Below are positions 10,001 to 17,817 of a stretch of 64,000 nt of DNA, one piece after another. Numbering within the stretch: the first letter of the stretch is position 1; every line of letters begins with the position of its first letter. A program made the position numbers and the translations under genes. The notes under the pieces were generated by a model. That model searched no databases. It saw nothing but the letters and a program-made list of their open reading frames with translations, and was not told where the DNA came from. Source of the DNA: Fibrobacter sp. (GTDB lineage Bacteria; Fibrobacterota; Fibrobacteria; Fibrobacterales; Fibrobacteraceae); assembly GCF_017642335.1 (NCBI RefSeq), contig NZ_JAGCPF010000038.1, one strand, 5' to 3'.

Positions 10001-10811
10001 TTCGCCGCTCAAGGTAACCTGCCCGGCCGATGTGACGGGCCAGAATCCAAATTCGGCAATTTCCATATCGCCTACGGCAACCGGGTGCGATGGGAAATGC
10101 AGTTGGGAAGTTGTTGGCGGCTCATCAGGAAATACCGGTAACCAGTATTCTACGGGTGGCGTCAGTTTCTACGATAATGACGGTGTGGATACCAAGGAGT
10201 ACAAGTTCAGGATTAAACGTACTGTGAACGACTATGAACTCAGCGCGGAATGCGGCTTCAAGGTGACGTTTATTCAGCCTCTCAGTATTACCGTGTCGTG
10301 CCCGGGTCCGATTACGAATCAAGACCCGAGTACTGCAATATCTGTGTCTAATGCTGTATCGGGCTGTAACGGGCAATGTAGTTGGAGGGTAACGGGCTTG
10401 ACGCCTGCAGCTACGGGCAATAACTGCTCGTCGGTCAGCTTCAGGGATGCAAATGCTACTGGCTCCAAGAGTTACACCTTCACGGCAACTTGTACAGAAA
10501 ATGGACAGAGCGATTCCAAGAACTGCTCGATTGATGTGTCGTATGCTTCGTCTGGAACGGCTGTTACGCTAGTGTATAACGAAGAAAAGACGTTTAACGC
10601 GGGTGTCACATACAGTGTAACTTGTGAGACGCATGAAGGTACGCAACGTAATCTTGTCTGCATGACAACGGACAATTCTACGCATACATTTACTTATGCG
10701 GGCGGTAGTGCTACTGCGAATCCAGGTTATTGGAGTCACACTGGACCATGCTATACGTCTGCAAAAACGTTGACTACGACGAAGACAATAAAGTGTAAGA
10801 ATGCTTACTAG
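4089..10811 (+). CDS. Giant PilX/GspK-like pilin-anchored Cys-rich surface protein (2240 aa)
   Basis: RKG|VSLFT prepilin-like start lacking Glu5, PilX-like N-terminal helix (ARASAYAGVDAA), many Cys pairs; third gene of a V-W-X order; AGGAGG upstream. Confidence 0.75.
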   Translation: MFKSRKGVSLFTVLIFMLIATIAGTATYKWLTSEGFSSASRMMMSEARASAYAGVDAARAWMTYHANETGAILRQYIVSGRKPVSLDKVLLPMAKQGQSFKVSLVGVEAPTASATYKVKIVSTGYSHDSAAVYSETAVLNVVGLYRVLRPVQQQQYSIDYNYAYFGGSTSFAGAHDGSAMLINGDWGTQNGSNPGKMEGDFIVTGTARLSGSNITVGGTACIGNDIMTDNGLWAGNLYVGRNSIGNQKFSANVVEDAYFDGNIEIGQINNPGFVIGGNLFVNKRLTTKLDALAHTINGNLCLGDQGSILFNGESMNYNFTVKHNVWIPTSYKNGNMYGILTNNQYTAYSHRIFGNTVGDKAYIKDGTSCYSGAISGQNISCSGQPEKFFQRHMNGNSQAGFAGFTTKNTLVTNIPDAPPFACGAEVKEYCNKIWKPATSTQKCGDAPYFVPDILKTGHEEFEKYAPTNKGLGTKAKDSGIEACKNLTYFSAGKVDNMNTCYSQLMADKDKRKKYLYNDYLVVRLESNENESNGADNASHKLNGKFLFIYESALKGNNPHFPQTESDARVFVYLKEGTENNTHINCNAGKNTPYNYFIFSRRNVGGLLGSCIWNGSFYGTATNCAKISDINGSVELKYDSTIINDMVKSGIVCEARMEKCGDPPPSSSSAAPNSSANENFDGIYDPYFIATGTQLHIAVESENKISKPVSSASAIEPSVIALPRVVYLNENSPGKLKDYVSVVALNGAKFNTEDIACTGNGAPSGTDKIYSNGSGPNPGLFNCMYTARGSMVAYESPFYVVVAGAAESTPMVHFDGDVNVDFVLGQANEGVVKLAVDGSGAAGEFEVSIAKSDLPNGWEVVHYADGSPVNWQTASDGSKFYVVRKPYSTSPATYPIFKVRASSSAASGMVYFALQSPQGCIIGGGSVLKSFNIKGSATFERLPLTKYCEAYPEECPSGSKYAIAKDLQDCPNLSGTWVRADGIGCEAKLPNQRWICDAAVGAANQVNLVGVTYDDAMCTLYNPEENNVVVNPQDDNSNPGGYKLYASLKRKYYTLHIDVKNTINNKSGVEVWTAEEIDGPYTQLGSTCTSASDGGCQYIVYAGMHVRLIPREEGRDHLAYWETSGDYLNVSEKSVRPLYYAVDQSRSYSGVFNMRDQHCFYANFSKTQIWCDAESVGNCVDQCKTTLPCNIDDGVFENAGWLIVNTNKGITHAPQIKDQKYITRSGNGHVLLMLNTVQAGSEGTFSTLQFVDVIKENQSNKQSELMNYGIVVRSTKNGSEYISVNFYGVGKKDAESTHARVCYLDRLEMVEGNLDHCQDKLVKTESDVNYGWPEGTPMNFVVNVTGDSLFATVSYASGSTIKEGFAKFDLKEVVKDGANTLNDEEHEFVGFKLGGTKNGALSAFWHSTKYADQCFDDPSVFCSFAAKYVGGSVPSNESVSPAVGYSSWFMDQNSGAKCVSKVSYFYNGCDMPFTKYGGFGLPLELGTCLNRVDADGPVERYLASPGLRLKKGEEYQFSYEGLHGFPHATRQGYVRNASIEVDCRAVNGMTYKSSCGEFYVGETHSCTQDIVISEGSPNHGMESFVIESPLADGMNLREATVNFYLDKNPGVTVRARFVDASNVTSDVVNLTEVGLNEVSYEKFADKFGFNPEKVKSIILVGSGSYSVDSIVSHCSYTLKARCGRGDAFYSGSTWRIKASIDPPQVAKKCKVESIEGITPTFFGDCNASGTFLRDDPGFLDRLNEGTEHLQYSFKVSVYDDPDATANSTPKSTCVATTQEYAPIEISCSLDGSNAVVQEGAGVPAFVLSAENCPVDGCVYEMALSTGAEYAHSTNLVGQQVWQPGLNTSTKLPTGRYYYTAKIYNANKTKVLKSCNNVSFDVVAAQPATASSCKLENGEFSAFIDGSGNNPVNTMLVITDLQGQPVQSMSSSVNVKDYVKYTVPALSTGNYILSLRVNGDTGCSELYTTQGASSPLKVTCPADVTGQNPNSAISISPTATGCDGKCSWEVVGGSSGNTGNQYSTGGVSFYDNDGVDTKEYKFRIKRTVNDYELSAECGFKVTFIQPLSITVSCPGPITNQDPSTAISVSNAVSGCNGQCSWRVTGLTPAATGNNCSSVSFRDANATGSKSYTFTATCTENGQSDSKNCSIDVSYASSGTAVTLVYNEEKTFNAGVTYSVTCETHEGTQRNLVCMTTDNSTHTFTYAGGSATANPGYWSHTGPCYTSAKTLTTTKTIKCKNAY

Positions 10812-10886
10812 TATAATTGATTAAAGTTCTTTCCTTTGACGAGCCCAGTAACGGGCTCGTCATTTAATAAATTTATATTTCACCAT

Positions 10887-12020
10887 ATGAGAATTCCTTT
10901 CAACCAGCCGCCCTTCGTGGGGCCCGAAATCGATTACGTGCGGCAGGCCGTCGAGAGCGGCCGCATTTGCGGTGACGGGCAGTTCAACCAGAAGTGCCAC
11001 GCCTGGCTCGAAAGCAAGACGGGCTGCGCGCGCGCCTTGCTCACCACGAGTTGCACGCATGCGCTCGAGATGTCCGCGCTGCTTTGCGGTATCCGGCCGG
11101 GTGACGAGGTCATCATGCCGTCGTTTACGTTTGTTTCCACGGCCGATGCGTTCGCACTGCGCGGCGCCAAGTGCGTGTTCGTGGATATCCGCCCCGACAC
11201 GATGAACATCGACGAGAAGCTCATCGAGGCGGCCATCACCGAAAAGACGAAGGCCATCGTGCCGGTGCACTACGCGGGCGTGGCCTGCGAGATGGATACC
11301 ATCAACGAAATCGCTCGCAAGCACAATCTGTTTGTCATCGAGGATTCCGCGCAGGGCATGATGTCCACCTACAAGGGCCGTAGCCTCGGTGCGCTCGGGG
11401 ACTTCGGCTGCTACAGCTTCCACGAGACCAAGAACTACAGCATGGGGGAGGGCGGTGCCATCCTCATTGCCGACAAGAAGTATGCCGACCATGCCGAAAT
11501 CATTCGCGAGAAGGGCACGAACCGCGTGCAGTTCCACAGGGGCGAGGTCGACAAGTACACGTGGGTGGAACTGGGCTCGAGCTACCTGCCGAGCGAACTG
11601 AACGCCGCCTACCTTTACGCCGAACTCGAGAACGCCCAGAAGATTTTTGACAACCGCATGGCGAGCTGGAACGCCTACCGCGAGAATCTGCAACCGCTTG
11701 CTGATGCGGGCGATTTGCAGCTCCCCTACATCCCGGCGGAATGCAGCCACAACGCGCACATGTTCTACCTGAAGGTCGCCGACCTCAAGACGCGTACCGC
11801 GCTCATCGCGCACCTCGTGAAGAACGGCATTCTGGCGGTGTTCCACTACGTGCCGCTGCACAGCGCCCCCGCGGGCAAGCGCTTCGGGCGTTTTGTCGGC
11901 GAGGACCGCTACACCACCAGGGAAAGCGACCGCCTGCTGCGCCTGCCCATGTTCTACGGGCTGAAACCCGCCGACCTGGAGTTCGTTTGCGGCAAGGTGA
12001 AGGAATTTTTCGGGAAATAA
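10887..12020 (+). CDS. wecE: dTDP-4-amino-4,6-dideoxygalactose transaminase (DegT/DnrJ family)
   Basis: MRIPFNQPP start, LLTTSCTHALEM, IEDSAQG, SFHETKNY, GTNR motifs. Start placed at ATG 10887, 7 nt after TATATT. Confidence 0.9.
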   Translation: MRIPFNQPPFVGPEIDYVRQAVESGRICGDGQFNQKCHAWLESKTGCARALLTTSCTHALEMSALLCGIRPGDEVIMPSFTFVSTADAFALRGAKCVFVDIRPDTMNIDEKLIEAAITEKTKAIVPVHYAGVACEMDTINEIARKHNLFVIEDSAQGMMSTYKGRSLGALGDFGCYSFHETKNYSMGEGGAILIADKKYADHAEIIREKGTNRVQFHRGEVDKYTWVELGSSYLPSELNAAYLYAELENAQKIFDNRMASWNAYRENLQPLADAGDLQLPYIPAECSHNAHMFYLKVADLKTRTALIAHLVKNGILAVFHYVPLHSAPAGKRFGRFVGEDRYTTRESDRLLRLPMFYGLKPADLEFVCGKVKEFFGK

Positions 12021-12022
12021 AC

Positions 12023-12056
12023 TGTAGATTTTTGCATATATATGCAAAAATCTACA
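12023..12056. terminator. Perfect 34-bp palindrome between convergent genes (candidate bidirectional terminator)
   Basis: tgtagatttttgcatatatatgcaaaaatctaca equals its own reverse complement. Confidence 0.65.
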
Positions 12057-12066
12057 ATAAATCGTC

Positions 12067-12713
12067 TTATTGACGCAACAATGATGTCAAATCAAGCATT
12101 TCTTTTGCGCAATCAACAGTCTGTTCCAAAGTTATCCCTCTGGCAAATGGATTCTTGGCAACAAATCTTCTCCAAAAATCAATTTGTGCCGAATCAGCTT
12201 TGATCTCTTCTAGAATCTGCGGATATTCTTCCAATATTTTGAAAGTGTTTCGCTTGTGAGATGTCGCCTCAAGAGCTTTCTTTAGCGTTTCAAAATTTAT
12301 CTCTTTTTTCTTCAACGTGTAAAGCGTATATACATCGTAGAAGTCTCTAGTTCGGGTATTTGCCATGCCCCTTGAAATAATCGTATCCAGTTTTTCTGCG
12401 AAAACATTCTCTAAAGGATACGCTAAAATTGGTATTACTTTATTATCAAAAACGCATTTATACTTGTATTTCGTTTCCTTGGGAATTATGGTGTCGCGTC
12501 GATGTCCATTGTAGAACGACTTCCAATTCCAAGAATGGAAGCAATCAGGAACCCGCCTTTAATAACAAAATGGTCGCGAAAACGCGAAACGGCAATCCTA
12601 TCCAGCAAACGTTCAAGACAATACATTTGCAAGGTCGCCTGAGGCGTAATTCCATACTTTGTGGATAAATCCTTCAACAGCGCCTTTAGTTGCATTTCGT
12701 TATTAGTTATCAC
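12067..12713 (-). pseudogene. AbiEii-family nucleotidyltransferase toxin, internally deleted and frameshifted
   Basis: N-terminal piece (LERLLDRI...FVIKGG...RSTMDID) stops at 12486; C-terminal piece (IPILAYPLENVFAEKL...RTRDFYD) lies in another frame; middle of the protein is missing. Confidence 0.8.
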
Positions 12714-13312
12714 AGCAATACCTCTAAATACGCCCGGAGTTTTTTCTCTACATGGAATATTTTTGCCAGTTGCATCAGTTTCGGAATATTTTTTTCTTTG
12801 CGATTGACATATGTTTTAATCGCATAGATTATGGTCTGCATATCGGCTGCAACTTTGGCTGTCATGATTTCGCATAAGGTCCTTTCGACAGAATAAGCGC
12901 GGACGCTATTTCCCAAAGGCGTTTTGACATCTACAATTTCAAGAGGATAAAGGTTTTTCGAAGAATGCTTTACCACAATTCCATTTTTCGCTAGAGAGGG
13001 CGAATGGTAAAAACCCTTAAATGTCATTGTCCACGTAAACGGAGCGCGTTCTATCAGAGAATGTAAGAATAAGGCCGTTTCGCACGAGAAGATGCCTGTC
13101 GGGCAGCGATGCTGCAAATTCAGGAGTTCGTCTTCCTGGGCTGTTGCCAACTGATACACACCTCGCTCTACCCTTATGATTTGTCCAGCGTCGGCAAGCT
13201 GTTTCAAAAACATTCTGTGAATACCTGCAAAAGAGGCCTCTTTCGCAGTAATTCTACCACCCCTTTCCGAGAGAAGGTTTATCAGTATTTTTTCTTTGCC
13301 ATTGACGTTCAT
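12710..13312 (-). CDS. abiEi: AbiEi-family type IV antitoxin / transcriptional regulator
   Basis: N-terminal wHTH (RVERGVY), FSCETALFLH, YSVERTLCEI; adjacent to abiEii; start at ATG 13312, 7 nt after TATATT. Confidence 0.8.
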   Translation of the reverse strand: MNVNGKEKILINLLSERGGRITAKEASFAGIHRMFLKQLADAGQIIRVERGVYQLATAQEDELLNLQHRCPTGIFSCETALFLHSLIERAPFTWTMTFKGFYHSPSLAKNGIVVKHSSKNLYPLEIVDVKTPLGNSVRAYSVERTLCEIMTAKVAADMQTIIYAIKTYVNRKEKNIPKLMQLAKIFHVEKKLRAYLEVLL

Positions 13313-13459
13313 ACTAGTAAATATATAAGATATTAGTATAAATGTCAATACAAGCCGTTCTGCCATTGTCAATAGCTTTTTTTAGGCAAAACAATTCAAA
13401 AAATCATAGATATAAATCGCTTTTTTTTACTATTTCTATTTTGGATAAAGACTTTATCG

Positions 13460-14725
13460 ATGACTGCTTCACAAAAGAAACTTCTCCTTCTCGGCGGTAG
13501 CCATGCCGAAATCCCGCTGATCCAGGCCGCGCAGGCGCTGGGCTGGTTCGTGATTACCACGGGCAACAATCGGGACGGCCTCGGGCACCCTTATGCCGAC
13601 AAGACTGTTTTTGCGGACTTCAGTGACAAAGATGCGATGCTGGAATTGGCGCGGGCCGAGGGCGTCACGGCGGTTTGTTCCGGATGCAACGACTTCGCCC
13701 TGCTTTCGACGGTGTATGTCTGCGAAAGGCTAGGGTTGCCGGGCCACGACAGTTACGCGACGAGCCTTGAAATTCACCACAAGGACAAGTACCGGGCATT
13801 GGCCACGCGCCTCGGCATCCCGACGCCGCGGGCGATGGTGGTGCGGAGCGCGCAGGAATTCGAGGAGGCAATTTGTGGCACGGCTTTTGCGGCCCCCGCC
13901 ACCGACAGCCGCGCACCCCTCACGTTCCCGATTATCGTGAAGCCGGTCGATTTGACGGGCGGCAAGGGTATCCACCGCGCGGCGAACAAAGACGAGGCCC
14001 GTGCGGCGTACCGCGACGCGGTGAGCCGCACACGCGAAGACCACGTGGTTGTCGAGGAATTCGTGCAGGGTACGAATCATGGTTTTTCCGCCATGCTGGT
14101 GAAAGGAAAGGTGGCCTTCGCGTTCGCCGACAACGAGCAGTACTACATCAACAAGTACCTGGTCAGCGGGGCGAACACTCCCAGCACCTCCGGCAAAGCG
14201 ACCCTCGCCATGCTCCGCGATTACAGCGAGCGCATCGCGCGGGAACTCCGCCTGGTCGACGGCATTCTGCATATCCAGTACATCGAGCGTGCGGACGGTA
14301 CGCCTGTCATCATCGAGATTTGTCGCCGCCCGCCTGGGGATCTGTACATCAAGTTCGTCAAGTACGCGACCGGCGTTGATTATCCGAGATTCATCGTGAT
14401 GGCCGAAACGGGCATGGACATCTCCGGCATTGCCGACGTGCCTACCCAAGGTTTCTGGCTGCGGCACTGCGTCATGGCGGACTGCCAGGCCGGCGAACGG
14501 ACCGCGACGGGCGACACCTGCAAAGGCATCGTCCGCGATGTCACTTTCGCGCCTGAAATCCAGGGGAACATTGTCGAGAAGTTCCTGTGGCATAAACCCG
14601 GCGAGGTTATTACAGATAAACTCACATACAAGGCCGGAATCGTATTTTTCAAGTTCGCGACCCTTGAAGAAATGACCGACAAAACCGCCCGCATGACCGA
14701 CCTCGTGAAAATCGTTGCGACGTAA
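13460..14725 (+). CDS. ATP-grasp ligase (sugar-modifying, carboxylate-amine ligase-like)
   Basis: LLLLGG start, HHKDKYR, IIVKPVDLTGGKGI, VVEEFVQG, IIEICRR. Confidence 0.85.
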   Translation: MTASQKKLLLLGGSHAEIPLIQAAQALGWFVITTGNNRDGLGHPYADKTVFADFSDKDAMLELARAEGVTAVCSGCNDFALLSTVYVCERLGLPGHDSYATSLEIHHKDKYRALATRLGIPTPRAMVVRSAQEFEEAICGTAFAAPATDSRAPLTFPIIVKPVDLTGGKGIHRAANKDEARAAYRDAVSRTREDHVVVEEFVQGTNHGFSAMLVKGKVAFAFADNEQYYINKYLVSGANTPSTSGKATLAMLRDYSERIARELRLVDGILHIQYIERADGTPVIIEICRRPPGDLYIKFVKYATGVDYPRFIVMAETGMDISGIADVPTQGFWLRHCVMADCQAGERTATGDTCKGIVRDVTFAPEIQGNIVEKFLWHKPGEVITDKLTYKAGIVFFKFATLEEMTDKTARMTDLVKIVAT

Positions 14726-14733
14726 TTCAAAGA

Positions 14734-14795
14734 GTTCCCTTCGGCAAGCTCAGGGAACTTAGTTCTGCAAGCTCCCTGAGCCTGCCGAAGGGAGC
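14734..14795. repeat. Inverted doublet of REP-like palindromes (cccttcggcaagctcaggga / tccctgagcctgccgaaggg)
   Basis: Two ~25-bp hairpin units in opposite orientation, 12 bp apart, intergenic. Confidence 0.75.
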
Positions 14796-14863
14796 TTATT
14801 CAATGAACAAATATGGATCCTAGCCTCTAGTCTCTATCCCCTTTTTAAGCTATATTCAAAAAC

Positions 14864-15991
14864 ATGAAGAAGGAACCTTACCAAATCGCCTTTATCGGTG
14901 GCGGCATCAATTCGGCCATCGGTGAAGTCCACAAGGCGGCAAGCCAGATGGACGGGCATTTCGAGCTCGTGGCGGGCGCGTTCAGCACCCACGCCGAGAC
15001 GAACCGGCAGACTGCCGCGGCCTGGGGAGTGGCTGCGGAACGCACTTACGCCAGTTACCGCGAACTCCTGCAAGCAGAGAAGGGCAAGCTCGACACCGTG
15101 GTGGTGCTCGCGCCGACGGACCTGCACAAGGATATCGTCATCGACGCGCTCCGTGCCGGTTTCCCCGTGATTTGCGAGAAGTCGCTTGCGACCAGCGTCG
15201 AGGAAGGCGAAGAAATCGCGAAGGCGGTCGCCGAGACGAAAGGGTTCTTCTGTACCACTTACAACTACACCGGCTACCCGATGGTGCGCGAACTCAAGCA
15301 GTTCATCGCCGACGGCAAGCTGGGCAAGATCCAGCAGGTGCAAGTCGAGATGCCGCAGGAAGGCTTCATGCGCCTGGGTTCCCATAACGAGCCGCCCAAG
15401 CCGCAGGCCTGGCGCCTCAAGGACACCGTGATTCCCAAGATTTCTTTGGACCTCGGGAGCCACCTGCACAACATGATTTACTTTTTGACGGGCGAGCGCC
15501 CGGAACGCATCGTCGCCGACCAGGCCACCTTCGGGCTGTTCCCGCAAATCGTCGACAACGTGGGTGCGCTCGCGCAGTACACGAACAACATGCGCGCGCA
15601 GGTGTGGTTCAGCAAGACGGCGCTCGGCAACCGCAACGGCCTGCGTATCCGCGTGTACGGCAGCGAAGGCAGCGCCGAGTGGTTCCAGTTGGAACCCGAG
15701 ACGCTCAAGACGTGCGACTTGCGCGGCAACGTGAGCCTTCGCGATCGCACCGGTGACGTGAAAATTGCGAACCAGCAGCGCTACAACCGATTCAAGGCGG
15801 GCCATCCCGCGGGCTTTATCGAGGCGTTTGCCAATTACTACAAGGACATCGCCGATTGCCTCGGGCAATACTTTGAAACCGGAAGCTTTACGAGCCAGTA
15901 CGTGTGCGGCATCCGCACCTCGCTCGAGGGCCTCGCTATGATGCAGGCCGCCGCGAAGTCCGCGCAGAGCAACAAGTGGGAGAACGTATGA
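14864..15991 (+). CDS. Gfo/Idh/MocA family oxidoreductase
   Basis: IAFIGGG, VICEKSLA, DLGSHL motifs. Confidence 0.85.
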   Translation: MKKEPYQIAFIGGGINSAIGEVHKAASQMDGHFELVAGAFSTHAETNRQTAAAWGVAAERTYASYRELLQAEKGKLDTVVVLAPTDLHKDIVIDALRAGFPVICEKSLATSVEEGEEIAKAVAETKGFFCTTYNYTGYPMVRELKQFIADGKLGKIQQVQVEMPQEGFMRLGSHNEPPKPQAWRLKDTVIPKISLDLGSHLHNMIYFLTGERPERIVADQATFGLFPQIVDNVGALAQYTNNMRAQVWFSKTALGNRNGLRIRVYGSEGSAEWFQLEPETLKTCDLRGNVSLRDRTGDVKIANQQRYNRFKAGHPAGFIEAFANYYKDIADCLGQYFETGSFTSQYVCGIRTSLEGLAMMQAAAKSAQSNKWENV

Positions 15992-16947
15992 AGCTTTCGT
16001 TCGTAATCCCTTGCTACCGCAGCGAGAACACCATCGAGACGGTGGTGCAGGAAATCCGCGAGACCGTCGCGGCCCGCAACGCTGCGGCATCTTCGGCCGG
16101 GTCGGACACGCCCGCGAGAACATTCGACTACGAAATCGTGCTGGTGAACGACTGCAGCCCCGACAACGTGTGGCAAGTCATCAAGCGCCTCGCTGCCGAA
16201 GACGACCATGTGAAGGGAATCTGCCTCGCCAAGAACTTCGGGCAGCACTCTGCCCTGATGGCCGGTTACGGGCAGTCCACTGGCGACTACGTGATTAGCC
16301 TCGATGACGACGGCCAGACTCCCGCCACGGAGACCTTCAAGCTCGTGGACAAGCTGGAGGAAGGCTACGATGTGGTGTACGGTTACTATGAACACTCCGC
16401 GCAGCACCTGTTCCGCCGCTTTGGCACCTGGGTCAACAAGAAAATGGCCGAGGCCATCATCGGGCAGCCCAAGACGTTACGCACCACGAGCTTCTTCATC
16501 ATGCGCAAGTTCATCGTCGAAGAGATTGTGCGCTACCCGCACCCCTTCGCCTACATAAGCGGGCTTGTATTCCGTGCGACCAAGAACCTGGGCAACGTGG
16601 CCGTGCAGCACCGCCGCCGCCTCGAAGGCGAGTCGGGCTATACGCTCGCGGGCCTTATCGGGCTCTGGATTAACGGGTTTACGGCATTCTCCGTGAAACC
16701 GCTGCGTGCCGCCACCTACCTCGGCCTCCTCTGCGCCCTTGTCGGATTTGCCGCGGGCATCTTTGTCATCTACAAGAAACTGATGTACCCCGGAATCCCG
16801 GTGGGCTACACCAGCATGCTCGCCACCCTGCTGTTTATCGGCGGCATGATCATGTTCCTGCTCGGGCTCATCGGCGAATACGTGGGCCGCATCTACATCA
16901 GCATCAACCAGTCGCCGCAATACGTGGTGCGCGAACGGACGTTCTAG
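15988..16947 (+). CDS. GT2 undecaprenyl-phosphate glycosyltransferase (ArnC/GtrB-like)
   Basis: VIPCY, LVNDCSPD, KNFGQHSA, LDDDGQ, two C-terminal TM helices; start at ATGA overlap 15988. Confidence 0.85.
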   Translation: MKLSFVIPCYRSENTIETVVQEIRETVAARNAAASSAGSDTPARTFDYEIVLVNDCSPDNVWQVIKRLAAEDDHVKGICLAKNFGQHSALMAGYGQSTGDYVISLDDDGQTPATETFKLVDKLEEGYDVVYGYYEHSAQHLFRRFGTWVNKKMAEAIIGQPKTLRTTSFFIMRKFIVEEIVRYPHPFAYISGLVFRATKNLGNVAVQHRRRLEGESGYTLAGLIGLWINGFTAFSVKPLRAATYLGLLCALVGFAAGIFVIYKKLMYPGIPVGYTSMLATLLFIGGMIMFLLGLIGEYVGRIYISINQSPQYVVRERTF

Positions 16948-16968
16948 GCGGGCGCGAGGCAGCAAACG

Positions 16969-17814
16969 ATGAGCGAATGGACCACAGTCATCAAGCCGAA
17001 ATCGAGCCTGCTCTCGGTCGACTTCGGCGAAATCTGGCAGTACCGCGATCTGTACCGCATGTTCGTGAAGCGCGATATCGTCACGTGGTACAAACAAACT
17101 ATTCTCGGACCGCTGTGGTTCTTTATACAGCCCATCATGACGACCATCATGTTCATGGTCGTGTTCGGCGGCATCGCGAAAATCTCGACGGACGGTTTGC
17201 CGCAGCCGCTGTTCTACCTGGCGGGAATCTGCCTCTGGACCTATTTTTCGGAATGCCTGAACCAGACGAGCAAAACGTTCATCGAAAACGCGAACATGTT
17301 CGGCAAGGTGTATTTCCCGCGGCTCGTTGTGCCGCTTGCGACCGTCACGAGCAACCTCGTGCGGCTCAGCATCCAGATGGGGCTGTTTTTCCTGGTGTTC
17401 GCGTATTACCTGATATTCACCGACGCCCCGGTACACCCTAATTTGTACGCGCTGCTCACGCCGGTACTCGTACTGCTCATCGCCGCGCTCGCGCTCGGTT
17501 TCGGCGTGCTGTTCAGCAGCCTCACCACCAAGTACCGCGACCTGACATTCCTGCTGAGCTTCATCGTTCAACTCTGGATGTACGCGACCCCGGTGATTTA
17601 CCCGCTCAGCACCATCGAGGACCCGCGCCTCAAAATGCTCATGCAGGCTAACCCGCTCACCAGCATCATGGAAACGTTCAAGTTCGGGATGCTCGGGGTA
17701 GGGGAGTTCAGCTGGGCCGCCCTAGGCTACACCGCCGGCTTCGCCGCGTTCATCCTCGCGCTCGGCATCGTCGTGTTCAACAAGATCCAGCGCACCTTCA
17801 TGGATACGGTGTAG
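16969..17814 (+). CDS. wzm: Polysaccharide ABC transporter permease
   Basis: RDIVTWYKQTILGPLW, YRDL, ATPVIYP, NPLTSIME; ABC-2 membrane topology. Confidence 0.9.
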   Translation: MSEWTTVIKPKSSLLSVDFGEIWQYRDLYRMFVKRDIVTWYKQTILGPLWFFIQPIMTTIMFMVVFGGIAKISTDGLPQPLFYLAGICLWTYFSECLNQTSKTFIENANMFGKVYFPRLVVPLATVTSNLVRLSIQMGLFFLVFAYYLIFTDAPVHPNLYALLTPVLVLLIAALALGFGVLFSSLTTKYRDLTFLLSFIVQLWMYATPVIYPLSTIEDPRLKMLMQANPLTSIMETFKFGMLGVGEFSWAALGYTAGFAAFILALGIVVFNKIQRTFMDTV

Positions 17815-17817
17815 GCG

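Noticed and set aside
848-17571. Long antisense or alternate-frame ORFs (e.g. 848-1936, 10860-12047, 13730-14593, 14834-16123, 16477-17571; also 40508-41194 and 58751-59755)
   Set aside because: Shadow ORFs expected opposite GC3-rich genes; no recognisable motifs, and they fully overlap well-supported CDSs
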